Origin: Chrysemys picta bellii | Taxonomy: Eukaryota | Length of the DNA: 64,000 nt | Assembly: GCF_011386835.1 (NCBI RefSeq) | Contig: NC_088800.1 | Location: 81,406,001 to 81,470,000 of the forward strand | Reading direction: 5' to 3' | Part shown: in pieces, positions 44,050-55,046 of the stretch | How positions within the stretch are numbered: position 1 is the first letter of the stretch | Layout of the letters: the number at the start of each line of letters is the position of its first letter | Notes under the pieces: model-generated | Databases searched by the model: none | Seen by the model: only the letters and a program-made list of their open reading frames with translations | Told to the model about the DNA's origin: nothing | Program-made: the position numbers and the translations under genes

Positions 44050-47000
44050 ATGCCGGTGCGGAGCGAGTGCTGCTGCCCGGGGGGAGCCCGAGGCCGCGGG
44101 GCCGCCGCCAGCCTGGTGCCGCCGCCCCCCATCAACACGGCGCAGCCCGGGGTCGCCACCTCCCTGCTCTACAGCGGCGCCAAGTTCCGCGGCCAGCAGC
44201 GCAGCAAGGGCAACGCCTACGAGGTGGAGGTGGTGATGCAGGTGAGCCCCGCGGGGATCCCCCGCCCCGCCTCTCGGGACCCCCCCCGGACCGCCCCGGG
44301 ACGCCTAGAGTGCCCCCTCCCCGGGGACCCCCCCAGTGCACCCCCTCCCCGGGCCCCCCTAGAGCGCCCCCTCCCCGGGACCCCCCCAGAGCACCCCCTG
44401 TATCCCTTCCTGGGGTCTTCCCCTGGACTCCCCTAGAGCGTCCCCCGCCCACCTGAGATCCTCCCTTCTAGGGACCCCCCTAAAGTACCCCCTGCATCCA
44501 TTCCTGGGGTCCTCACCTAGCTCTCCCTAGAGTCCCCCCTCCCTTGGACCCCACAGGGCGCCCTCTCTGAGGTTCCCCCTCCTGGGGACCCCCCTTAAGC
44601 ATCCTTTGCTCCCCTCCCAGGGACCGTCCTAGAGTGGCCTCTGCATTTCCTCCTAGGGTCCTCCCCCAAGAATCCCCAGAGCACCCCTTGTCTCCCTTCC
44701 TGGGGTCCTCCCCCTGGGGACCCCAGAGCACCCCTTCTCTGGGGACATCCTAGAGCATCCCTTCCCCCTTCTGGGGTCCTTCCCTGGGTTCCCCTAGAGT
44801 GACCCCTCCCTGGGATCCCCCAGAGCACCTCTGAGGTCCTCCCCATGGGGGTCCCCCCTAGAGCATCCTCTGCTCCCCTCCCAGAGACCTCCCCCTAGAG
44901 TGCCCCTTGGGATCCTCCCTTCTGGGGCCCCTCAATCCATTCTAGAGTGCCTCCCATGGACCCTCCTGAGCACCCATTCCTGCCCGGGATCCACCCCAGT
45001 ACTCTCCCTGTATTGCCTCTTAGGGCCTTTCTCTCAAGATCCCCCCTGTTCTCCTAGAGCACCTCTTGGGGATCCTCTTGAGCACCCCCTGCCCCACCAG
45101 GGCCTCCCTAGAATGATGCCTGTTCCCCAGAGTCTGGACCCCCATGCACCTCAGCCCCCCCGGAGTCCAGGTACCCACTTCCCCCTGAGGACCCTCCCCC
45201 AAAGACCACCCCATGGAGACCTCTTTCCCTAATCCCCCCATTTCACAGAGATGAGGATCCAATACATGCAATATCTGCTCTTAAAATACCTCCCTCTCTT
45301 AGATTGGGACCCCCGCTCCCTGAGATCTCCACATGGGCCCCCTTCCCTTGCATACCTTCTCTAGCAGAGACTGGGATCTACATTGTCCCCAAAACACACA
45401 CGCACCCCACCCTCCCCCCAGGGCACCCCTTCCCTCAGATCAGGACTTGCTGCCTCCTGAGACCTCTGCATGGGGGTCCCCTGCCTGTAGGTAGGGTGAC
45501 CAGACAGCAAATGTGAAAAACCAGGACAGGGGGTGGGGGGTAATAGGAGCCTATATAAGAAAAAGACCCCAAAATCGGGACTGTCCCTATAAAATCGGGA
45601 CATCTGGTCACCCTACTTGTAGAACACTTCATTCTCAGAGATCAGTGCCTGTGAGGTGGACGTCCAGGGGAGGTTAGAGACCCTTCCCATCCTGGGAAGG
45701 CCTTCATGGCTCTAAATGTACCTTGGGCCAGCAGCACCTGCGAGGTGGCGGTGATGCAGGTGGATCCCCCAATCCAGGCCTGCAACACAAGGGCAGCTGT
45801 AATACTGACAAGAACAGCCTCTGAGCTGGGCGAGGCAGGGGAGACCTCTCTAGGGACCCACCAGGCCCCCACCCCAGATTGCCCCTGCATGAGCTAGAGC
45901 AAATCTCCTCAGCAAATGATGTCTCCCCCTCATCCTTCATGGAGAACATAGTAAATGGACAAAACCCTTTGCTAGTCTGGGGGCTTGTCCCTCAGCTTCA
46001 GTGGAAGAAGAAAAAGCAAGCAGCTGGGATTGGCTGAGTGGGTGAGTAATAGGCTGAGTGGGTAGTTGCAATCCAGGCCAGCCTGCATCAGGAGGGCTGG
46101 GGAGGAAACTACTTGCTACTAGTCATCTGGGTGTAAGATGCCCCAGACATCAGGTTTTCCAGCCACCACAGGTGGTTTGGCCCTCAGGGGCTCACCCTGG
46201 GACTTCAGCTCTCCAGCCCTGAGATTCACCATCCCTGCATGTCTAGTTCCTGGCTCTGAAGCCTTTGGATCTCACGCTGACAAGGGAACGACGGCCACAT
46301 CTGCTCCAGCGTGCAGCTATGCCGTTTGTGCCATAGTGTGGGCCTTCCTACTGTGACGCTCGGGTGTTTTCTGTTGCGATAGTTCATCCACCTCTGCGGG
46401 CAGGAGTAGCTGAGGCCAAGTCTACAGTAAAAGTTAGGTCGACCCAGCTGTGTTGCTTAGGGGTGTGAAAAATCCACACCCCTGAGCGATGTAGTTAAGC
46501 TGACCAAACCCCCAGTGCTCGGTCAATGGACACTCAGGGAAGGGGATTGAACCCTCCCATCGCTGTAGTGAGGGTCTACACTGAAGCAGTGCAGCATGCC
46601 ACTGTAGTGGTTTAAGTGTAGACACAGCCTAAGTCAACAGAAGAATTCTTCTGTCAGCCTGGCTGCTTCTACACTGGGAACTAGGTTAGCTTAACTACGG
46701 TGCTCAGGTGTGATTCTTTCACAGCCCTCAGTGAGGTTGATAAATTGTAAGTGTAGACCGGGGGTCAGAGCAAACCGAAGCAATCAGTCCTGGAAGAGAG
46801 TGTAGCAAGAGCAGCTGTTGGGCCCAGCTGTGCTCCAGGGATCTCTTTAAATGAGCACTTGTCTCTGCAACCCTCCCATTCCTGTTTAGAGTGATTGTTT
46901 CTCCGTGCTTTATTTTTAGTTGTAGGCACTGGCATGATCACTTTGGGCAGGGCTGGCGAGATGTAGGGTCGTGTATAAGTGGCAAGCCAGATACCGGCTA

Positions 47001-50000
47001 CGCTCTTGCTATAAAACATGCTGCCTGTTACAGCTCTGTTTCCAGCTGGATTGCAAAAGATCTGGTGGTTTATATCATGAGAGCTATGATGAAGCCTGAC
47101 ACATTGGTCAGTGTTGTGGAACGATGTCAAAGTCCTAAGGTCAGCAGACACGAGTAGCATTTAAACCACACTGTCAACCTTCCCATACAGTGCTACAGTT
47201 GTCAACAGCACAAGAGTACCTGGAACGGAGTCCTCCTATGGCAGATCAGCTTCCTTACAGCTCTTCTTCCGCCCAAAGAATACCCAGCCTTTTAGCTTCA
47301 ACTCTGATGTTTTGCATGTCATCTGAGGGGCGGAGTTCACTACAATTATTCTGCATAAGCACAGTGAACTATTGGCACTTAATTAGCTACAGATGGGAAA
47401 GCTGCATTTTTGCCTTTGATGTCAGGGTTTTTCAAACTCTTCGTTTGGCTTTGAGAGCTGATCTGGGGATTTGTGGGTTTCCGAGCAGAAGTTTCTAGAA
47501 ATGGAAGTATCCCAGTAATTAGACACTGCATGGCAAGTAAATGGAGCATTCAGTCAGAAGCGGGGGAGAAACAAAGGCATTGGGAATGGGAGACAGGTAT
47601 GTGTTAAGGTACAGTTTGAAGAGAGGTACATGCAGACTTTTCCGGATGGCAGACATTCCAGAGAAGGCTCTTGTGTGCAGCAGTGATGGGATTGTTTAGA
47701 AGGGACCAGGCCTTAGTGCCAGATAAGTAGAGAGAACTCATTGGGGTGGGTCACGTTATGGAAGTGACGAGAGATAGATTTACTAACAGTCACCATCAAA
47801 GCCAAGGATGAAACCAGAATTTCTGGTGGCGAGGGAGAAAGATCTGATTGTTTGAGAATGTTCCCTCCCTTCTTGTCACTTGCAGATGTCTAGATTGCTG
47901 GTAGCATGTGGTTAGAGCAGGTGACAGACAAATCAGGAGATCTGGCTCTGTTGATGTGCTGTGACATTGGGCAAATCACTTCACTTCCAACTCAACTTCC
48001 CCTTCTGTAAAACGGGGATGCTTACCCATCTTTGTAAAACATTTTGAGATCCTTGGGTAAAAAGGTGCTATACAAGTAGAACGTATTATTAATTAGTTGA
48101 AAGCACATGAGACATTCCCCAGCCCGCTTGCAAAAAAGGTAAAGTGGATACCTCTAAAGGATTCTCTCCTGAGTCCAGATACCACTGTGTGATCAACGTG
48201 AATGACCTATGAACAAAGCTGGGCAATGCAGTTCTGTACCATCCTTAACAGAGCTGAGACCAAAGTCCATTGGGCCAACTTGGGTATCTTGTCCCTGGAT
48301 ACACACACTTACAGATTTTGTGCTCTCTGTCCTAGCATGTGGATATGGAAAACTCCTATCTTTGTGGATACTTGAAGATTAAAGGCCTTACAGAGGTGAG
48401 CACGTGTTACTAAACTCCTTTTCTATACTGCATGGGAGTGAAGGGCAGCCTCTGCTCCAATTTCTGGCTAAAGGTATGAAGGTCTGTGAGGTTGAGCCCA
48501 TAATTAAGAAGACTGTTGGGTACCTTAATCCCTTTCCTTTGTTTTTTTTACACAGTGTAAACCAAATATAAATGGTTTTGTAGCAACTTAATTAAAAATT
48601 GTTTTAACTTGATAGCAGCACTGTAAGGGCTGAGCTGAAGCGGACCTGACTTTGCCATCACCAGTTAATTGGTTGTGCGTGTATCTTTGTTGCCCCAAAC
48701 CTCCAGACAAGCCAGATCTTCCTGAAGTTCTTCTTTCCACACCTTTCATGTAGGACCTGCCTGTATTAACAGCTGACCTCTCAGGCATATTCAGCAAGAC
48801 GACTGGTTTAACATGCAGATTGTCAGGTTTCTTTCTACCTCTGCATTCCTTTCCTCACAAGCTTCTCCTGACACAGGCTCCTTATTTCAGCTGATGATAC
48901 GCGATGGCTCACCGCTGTTGTAGAGATCGCTGAGAGTTTCCACACAGGGGAACTCAAGTAGATCATAGCTTCAACGTATGTGAGCAAGGGAAGCCCATCC
49001 AGCCTAATTCTTCTGTATGTCTTTGGCTGATCTGTCACCGTTTTCTTTAATTTCACCATAGCCTCTGATCCCTTCTCAAGGAGCAAATTAAAGGTGTGGG
49101 GAGTCAGCAGACAGATTGCGGGCAAGGGGACCAGTGTAGGAGAGATGAATGGAAGAAATGGGCTATGGGAGAGAGATGGGAAGGGGCATCCCATTCGGAG
49201 TGTCTGGAACGGGATAAAGTAAGGTGCAAAGCAGAGAGAGGGGGACATCAGATCGAACTCTCCGACCACTTTGTGGGGGGTTGGTGCTGACGTGTCATTG
49301 TTTGCTGAAATGCTAGCCAGTATCTGAGTGTGTCTCCTCTCCTATACAGGGCCCAGTTTTTTGTTTTGTTGTTGGCAAAATTCTTTAATCTTTTTTTACC
49401 CTCCTCCTAGGAATACCCGACCCTTACCACTTTCTTTGAAGGGGAAATAATCAGTAAAAAACACCCCTTCTTAACGCGGAAATGGGATGCGGATGAAGAC
49501 GTCGATCGTAAACACTGGGTAATTAAACATTTTGGCAACCAACTACAGATCTAAAACCACCCCAAACATGTTAACTGTTTAAAAGGGATGTGCAAATGTT
49601 TTTTAAAAAAAGAAACAATTAAGGCTTTGTTGTGGTGTATCTTTGTTGTTGATATACAAAGACAGCCTGAAAAGTTCTCTCCTTAGGCTTTTCTCCTGGT
49701 CGCTTTCTCCCATAGGGATTCTTTCCTTTCCTTTCCTTTTTTTTCATTCCTACTAATGTAGCTCCACTGATGTTGCTGCACCAGTACGGACACTCTGTAC
49801 TGGTGAAAAAAGTGACTGGCACCAGCATGACTCAGCTGGTTTGAAACTGGGGGAAGCTCCTCTGGCACAAGTCGCTCTTTACCCAAGTGCCGCACTAGTG
49901 ATTTCCAGCAGTGCAGTGACATCTGTGCTGCTACGTCCATGCAAGAATCACCCGTGTAGACAAGCCCCTAGATCAAGAATGTCAGTTCTGATCTTCCCTG

Positions 50001-53000
50001 ACTTGGCTGGAGGATTTCTTTGCAGACTTTACAAGTGCTGCCAGCCAAAATCTCTGATCTGTTCCTGAGAACGAATGATAATGATCTTCTGGCTGATGGG
50101 ACCACATCTGGAGTAGGGCCTAGGGGGAGTGGAGTGGAGTGGAAGAGACCAACACAGATACCTGTTGAGTAGGAGGAATTTCTGCCTCTCGGTTCCTAAT
50201 GGAACATAGTACTTGTGCTGAGGGAGAGGCAGGCTAGGGGATTTCTCCTGTGTGGGGGGGCTTCTCTCTCCTCACTGAGGGTGGATTTCACATGTATGGT
50301 GGTGTACCTCTCTTGGGCACCAATCCCTTCCCATCTTCACCGCAGTGAGTTGCATGTCTCTACCCAGCGAGTATAAGGAGCGGCTGTGTGTTTCGCAGCC
50401 GAAGCTGGTTATACCCCAGAGTCTCACTTGTAGGTTGATTGAAGTCATTTCACAAACTGTGGCAGGCCTTAGACATTGGAGCCCTCTCTCCCCTGTAGGG
50501 AGGGATGAAGGGAGGTTGGATTTCTGCAGTCAAGTATTTTTGAGTTTTGTCCTTAACATTAAAAATGTTCTCGATTGTTGGTGAAAGGTGCTGGCTTGAC
50601 AGTCCTGGAAACTGAGAACCTTTAATACAGAGGTCCCCCAAACTGTGGGGCAGGCCCCTCTTGCAGGCTTGGAGAAATATTCAGAGGTGGTGCGGCAGGG
50701 CCCGGGCCAGCCCACAAAGGGGGCAGGGAGGGAGCGCCATGCAGCCCTGCCCTGCCCGCAGGCCGCGGCCCCGCTCCCACCCCCAGCCTCATTCCCCTTA
50801 CCCCTGTACACGATCCTCCCCCCACCCTGGGAGCTGTAGCCCCACTCCCATCTCTGGCTGGGGGGGTAGGCGATCCTGAAAAGTTTTGGGGCCACTGCTT
50901 TAACAACAGAACAGTTACAGGAGGAGTAGCTGTAGGGGTACGATCTTCAGCCACCTCTGGAGAGAACACGGGGAGTTCAGATTCCATCCCTAGTGCCTCT
51001 GCTGTGACTTGCCAGCAGAGGGCCCAGTAGCAGTGGTGGCTTTTGATATGGATGCCTGCCCTGGATCAAGGCAAGTTGGCTAGCTAGTCTAGCTTGGATC
51101 TGTGATGCAATAGCTTAGAAATCATAAATTGCCAAACTTGGAGATAAAAACCAAAAATCCTACTGGATCATCCATTTCCCATTCCTGACAAGGCAGGGCA
51201 CGGTTCCCAGAGTCTCTTACCTGGTAACACGTTCTTCCCTTCATAAATTCTGCTAACTGAAAGTGGGCTGTGCTCTAGGAATTGATTTTTGTTTTTCCTG
51301 TGCTTTCAGGGGAAATTCCAGGCCTTTTACCAATATGCGAAAACATTTAACTCGGATGATTTTGATTACGAGGATTTGAAGAACGGGGACTACGTCTTCA
51401 TGAGGTGGAAGGTAAAAAAAACTCCCTGTAGATGTGTGTCCCCCAGCCAGCTGGTCTGAAACTGCCAACACTTAGAACATGAAACACATGGGCGCTGCAT
51501 ACAGAATGAAATTCCGGGAAGGGTGTCTCTGTAGCAACGCTAAGGATTTATCCCTCCTTGCTTGAGAGAGACATAAACATCTTAAAAATGGCACTTCTGT
51601 CGCGTTATTCTGCACCACTCAACACATGTAGGTAGCTGGAAGCAATAAGAGAGACTTTTTTGGCTGTGTGGTTTTGACACATTGTATAGTCAATTTCATT
51701 GTTTCCACTGGGTAGCTAAGTCTGTTGCCTCCCATTTATGTGGGTCTTTCATGCTGTTACAGTGGGAGAAAATCGCTTTCTTTAAAAATAGGAAAATTTG
51801 ATTGTCAAACCACAAATTAGCAGGTGAAAGAGCTGAAACGACTTCTAATGTGTTCTTTAAAACAGATTGGGTTGCAAATGGACAGTGTCCCTTTAAGACC
51901 GTTGTAGTGGAGATCTTGTGAAAGGGTACAATGGTCACTATATACATGCTGAATAGTCCCTTTGGTCCATGCTGGGATGACTAAAATGAGTTCACAGCTA
52001 TGAAATACTCACTTGACATCTTTCTCTGTTCAGTTTCCAGGGCTCGACCCCTCTGACTTATAACAAGTGCAAATCTGCACCCCAGGACTTCCAGGAGGCA
52101 AAGGTTCAAATCCATTTTAAATACAAACCCTTGTTACCTTTTGTGCAGGAGCAGTTCCTAGTCCCAGATCACACGATCAAAGACATCAGCGGTGCTTCCT
52201 TTGCTGGGTTTTATTACATCAGCTTCCAGAAGTCTGCAGCATCTATAGAGGGCTATTACTACCACAGGAGTTCAGAATGGTAAGGGGAGCTTCCTTCCCT
52301 TCTACAGGCTGAAGGATGCTGGCAGTGTCTGGGCTCCTCTGTCACTTCACAGCCCTGGGATTGGATGTAGGACCTTACTGTGCTACTGAAAGAACAATCT
52401 TCCACCAGCCCTACTCACAGCCCCTGGCATCTGAAACTCAGGCTCGCATGGAGAGAGAGTTTCTACACGGTGTGTGGTTAGGTCAGCTGTAGGTGCCAGC
52501 ACCAAAAGTGGTGTCACGTTTGTCGCTCTGTCTGACAGCTCTGCCCGTTCACATACCTGTCACTAGCCACGGAGCACAGTAAAATCAAGGTTAGAAGATC
52601 TGAAGTGGAGAGGTCAGGCAGCTGTTGGTGAATTGCTGCCAAATACTATTGCTACATGTCAAAAGCTTTTCTTTCCCTCCTTCTGCTTGTCTGGCATCAT
52701 ACTTGCTGTATGCTACCCGAGTGACCTCATTCTTCAGCTGCCCGCTGTTGAGAGGAAGCCATGACTTGTGTTACACATGATGGCGTAGCGAAGAACACTT
52801 GGCATCTTGAGATTAAAATACTGTCTCTGTGATGCTGGCGATTCACTTTTAACCTCTTCAGGATTGCCTTTCGGGATGTTTTCCCTTCCCCGCGTGCCCT
52901 GTTAGCATGGTGTGCTGATGCCCACTTAGTTGCAGGGCTCACCAGCAGGTCAAAGTCATGGGCTCATGGCTGCCTCCTGGACTTGGCTCTTGCTCGATGC

Positions 53001-54259
53001 TGAGGCTTTGGGGGCACTGTTAGATACTGTGAATAGGGTTTTCTGACTGGCTATAGAGCTGCCCTTCTATTAATATCCCCATCTTGGTAACACCATCCCA
53101 ATAACTGACATCAAGCCTTGTGGTGAGTAGCTGCTAACTTGACGCCTTCAGTAATTCCACGCATACAGCAGGTGCGGGCTTCCTGAACAGCTAGCCCCCC
53201 TCCATCTTTACTATCCCGAAATCTCTGTAGTTCATGGGGAAGGAATGGAGGAACCACCGTGCAAGAGGCTCTTTCCAGAGCCAAACTGCTGGCCATGCCT
53301 TTGCTGCGCTGCTACGGCCTTGGTGCACCGTGCTTCTAGCAAGGTGCAGAGTAAGGTGCTCTCCTGAGCAGTGGGGCGGAGGCTGCCTGTGGGCTCGGTA
53401 AGATTGTGTCCTCCGCACTAGCAAGTCACAAGCCTCTCCCATGCTAGGGTAAAAGAGGCGGGGGACAGCAATACAGTTTTGCCACTCCAGGATTGGCCTC
53501 CCCTGTACTACTTGTTCTGCTCATCTCCTCTGACTTGAGCTTCCATGCACCCAACATTCTGCATCTGCCCTGGGTAGGACCAACTGCAAAGCAGGCATCT
53601 GTGGAGGAGGCAGGCAAGGGCCCTCTGAAAAGAGAGCGAAGAGTGTTCTCGTAGCTAACAGTTCTGCTGTTACAACCTTCAGTCAGGTTTCATTCATTTC
53701 ATCCCAGTCTGCAGAGCCTCTGCCACGGACCCATGGTGAGCAGGCAAGGCCTAGGGTGCTGGCTCTCCTTTGCTAGATAGCTTGAAAAGGCTACTAGCCC
53801 TGTATTTTTAGCAATATTAGGAAAGTAAGCAACGGCCAGAGCTGGTAGGTGATTGTGAACGGGTGGGACGTCTGCACAGCGATGAATGGAACGGTCTAAG
53901 AGTTTGAGAGCCTTTGATGCGGGTGCAGCTTTTTCTGAATGTGTCAGACGTTAATTTAAAAGTGTTTTGTGAATTGCCGCAAAATACAACCAGCTGTAGC
54001 CAATCCAAAGTGCTGGGGCTGACAATCCGGATTAAATCGAAGAGGCAGGTTTTAGAGCTTGCGTTCGTTCTGAAGTCGAATGGTCAGATCCTAAAGTGTA
54101 ACCAGATGAACAGACGCAGAGCTCAGGGAAAGGTCGGAAGGGGAAATGGCTCATTATGTCTTGTCATTATCGTCCCTGTTTTTCCTTCCTCTCAGGTATC
54201 AGTCTCTGAATCTAACTCATGTCCCTGAGCACAGTGCACCCATCTATGAGTTCCGATGA
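44050..54259 (+). CDS. GID4: GID complex subunit 4 (Pro/N-degron recognin), complete CDS, 218 aa
   Basis: join(44050..44241,48336..48395,49411..49518,51310..51411,52149..52279,54196..54259) = 657 nt, GT-AG. Translation: MPVRSECC...[25 protein letters not shown]...[36 protein letters not shown]...[20 protein letters not shown]. Confidence 0.96.
44270..45120. repeat. Degenerate C-rich minisatellite at the 5' end of GID4 intron 1
   Basis: Recurring CCCCTAGAG(C/T)...CCC and CTGGGG(A/T)CC motifs. Confidence 0.8.
45492..45615. mobile_element. hAT MITE (AGGGTGACCAGA family), copy 2
   Basis: Near-identical to copy 1. TSD CCTGTAGG / CTTGTAGA (6/8). Confidence 0.88.
46420..46760. mobile_element. Cluster of TCTACACT/AGTGTAGAC Harbinger-like MITE fragments (related fragment at about 910-1058)
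   Basis: Repeated GTCTACA.../...AAGTGTAGAC ends and the GGGTGTGAAAAATCCACACCC hairpin. AGAATTCTTCTGTC is shared with 925-938. Confidence 0.6.
50628..50897. mobile_element. hAT-Charlie-like MITE
   Basis: TIRs CAGAGGTCCCCCAAACT / AGTTTTGGGGCCACTG and TSD CTTTAATA / CTTTAACA. Confidence 0.78.
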
Positions 54260-55040
54260 CAGGCGGACAGAATGATACCAAGTGAAAAGAACCCCGGGCA
54301 GGAGAGAGCGTGATCTGCCACGAGAGATGTGTCCCTGTCGGAGTGGGGGGGACACGCGCTTCTCTTCTGCCCAACGGACTTGTGAAAGAAAGCATGAATG
54401 TCAGCCCATCCGACCCAAGGAGCGTGGCTGCAGGAGCTGGAGTCTCCCTCCCGCCAAGTGGCAATTTGATCTTTAATCTGGTTTTAAAGCTACCTTTAAA
54501 TGCACTTTCTTTTTGCACAGCTAGTTTCTTTATCACTGAAATTCCTCCCGACCCCCTTCTGGAAGTTTGGCCCTAGCTGGAATCAACACCTTCTCCTCTG
54601 AGTAATAAGAAAACATAAGCTCAGCACTTATGGTTTCATGTTACATCCTAGTATGGGTTGAAATACAAAGAACTGCGGCCGTTCACATTTGTCGCTCTGT
54701 CTGACAGCTCGGCCGCTTCCAGAGCCTGGGCGTGTCGCTGCATTAGCGAGGCTTGGCCTAGCGGAGAGAACTGCTGATCTGCAGAGTCCACTACAGAAGC
54801 ATTTGGCTGAGACAGACAAGTCTTGAAGACCTAATGAATCTCCAGCTCATACTGGCTAATGAGGTTAGCCGGAGCTGCAGATCTCTCAGGAACGCTAGCC
54901 ACTTCTGAGCTGCAAGCGGTTCCTTTGTCTTGATATGCCACGGGGAATAGATTAAATGTAAAGACTTCCAGGCCCTCAGTAGAAGTGGATCTGAGCTCTG
55001 CTTACTAAGTGTATATTTGCTCTTTACTTAAGGGTAAAAA

Positions 55041-55046
55041 AATAAA
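55041..55046 (+). terminator. Candidate proximal GID4 polyA signal
   Basis: AATAAA in an A/T-rich tract about 780 nt after the stop. The UTR may extend further. Confidence 0.3.
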
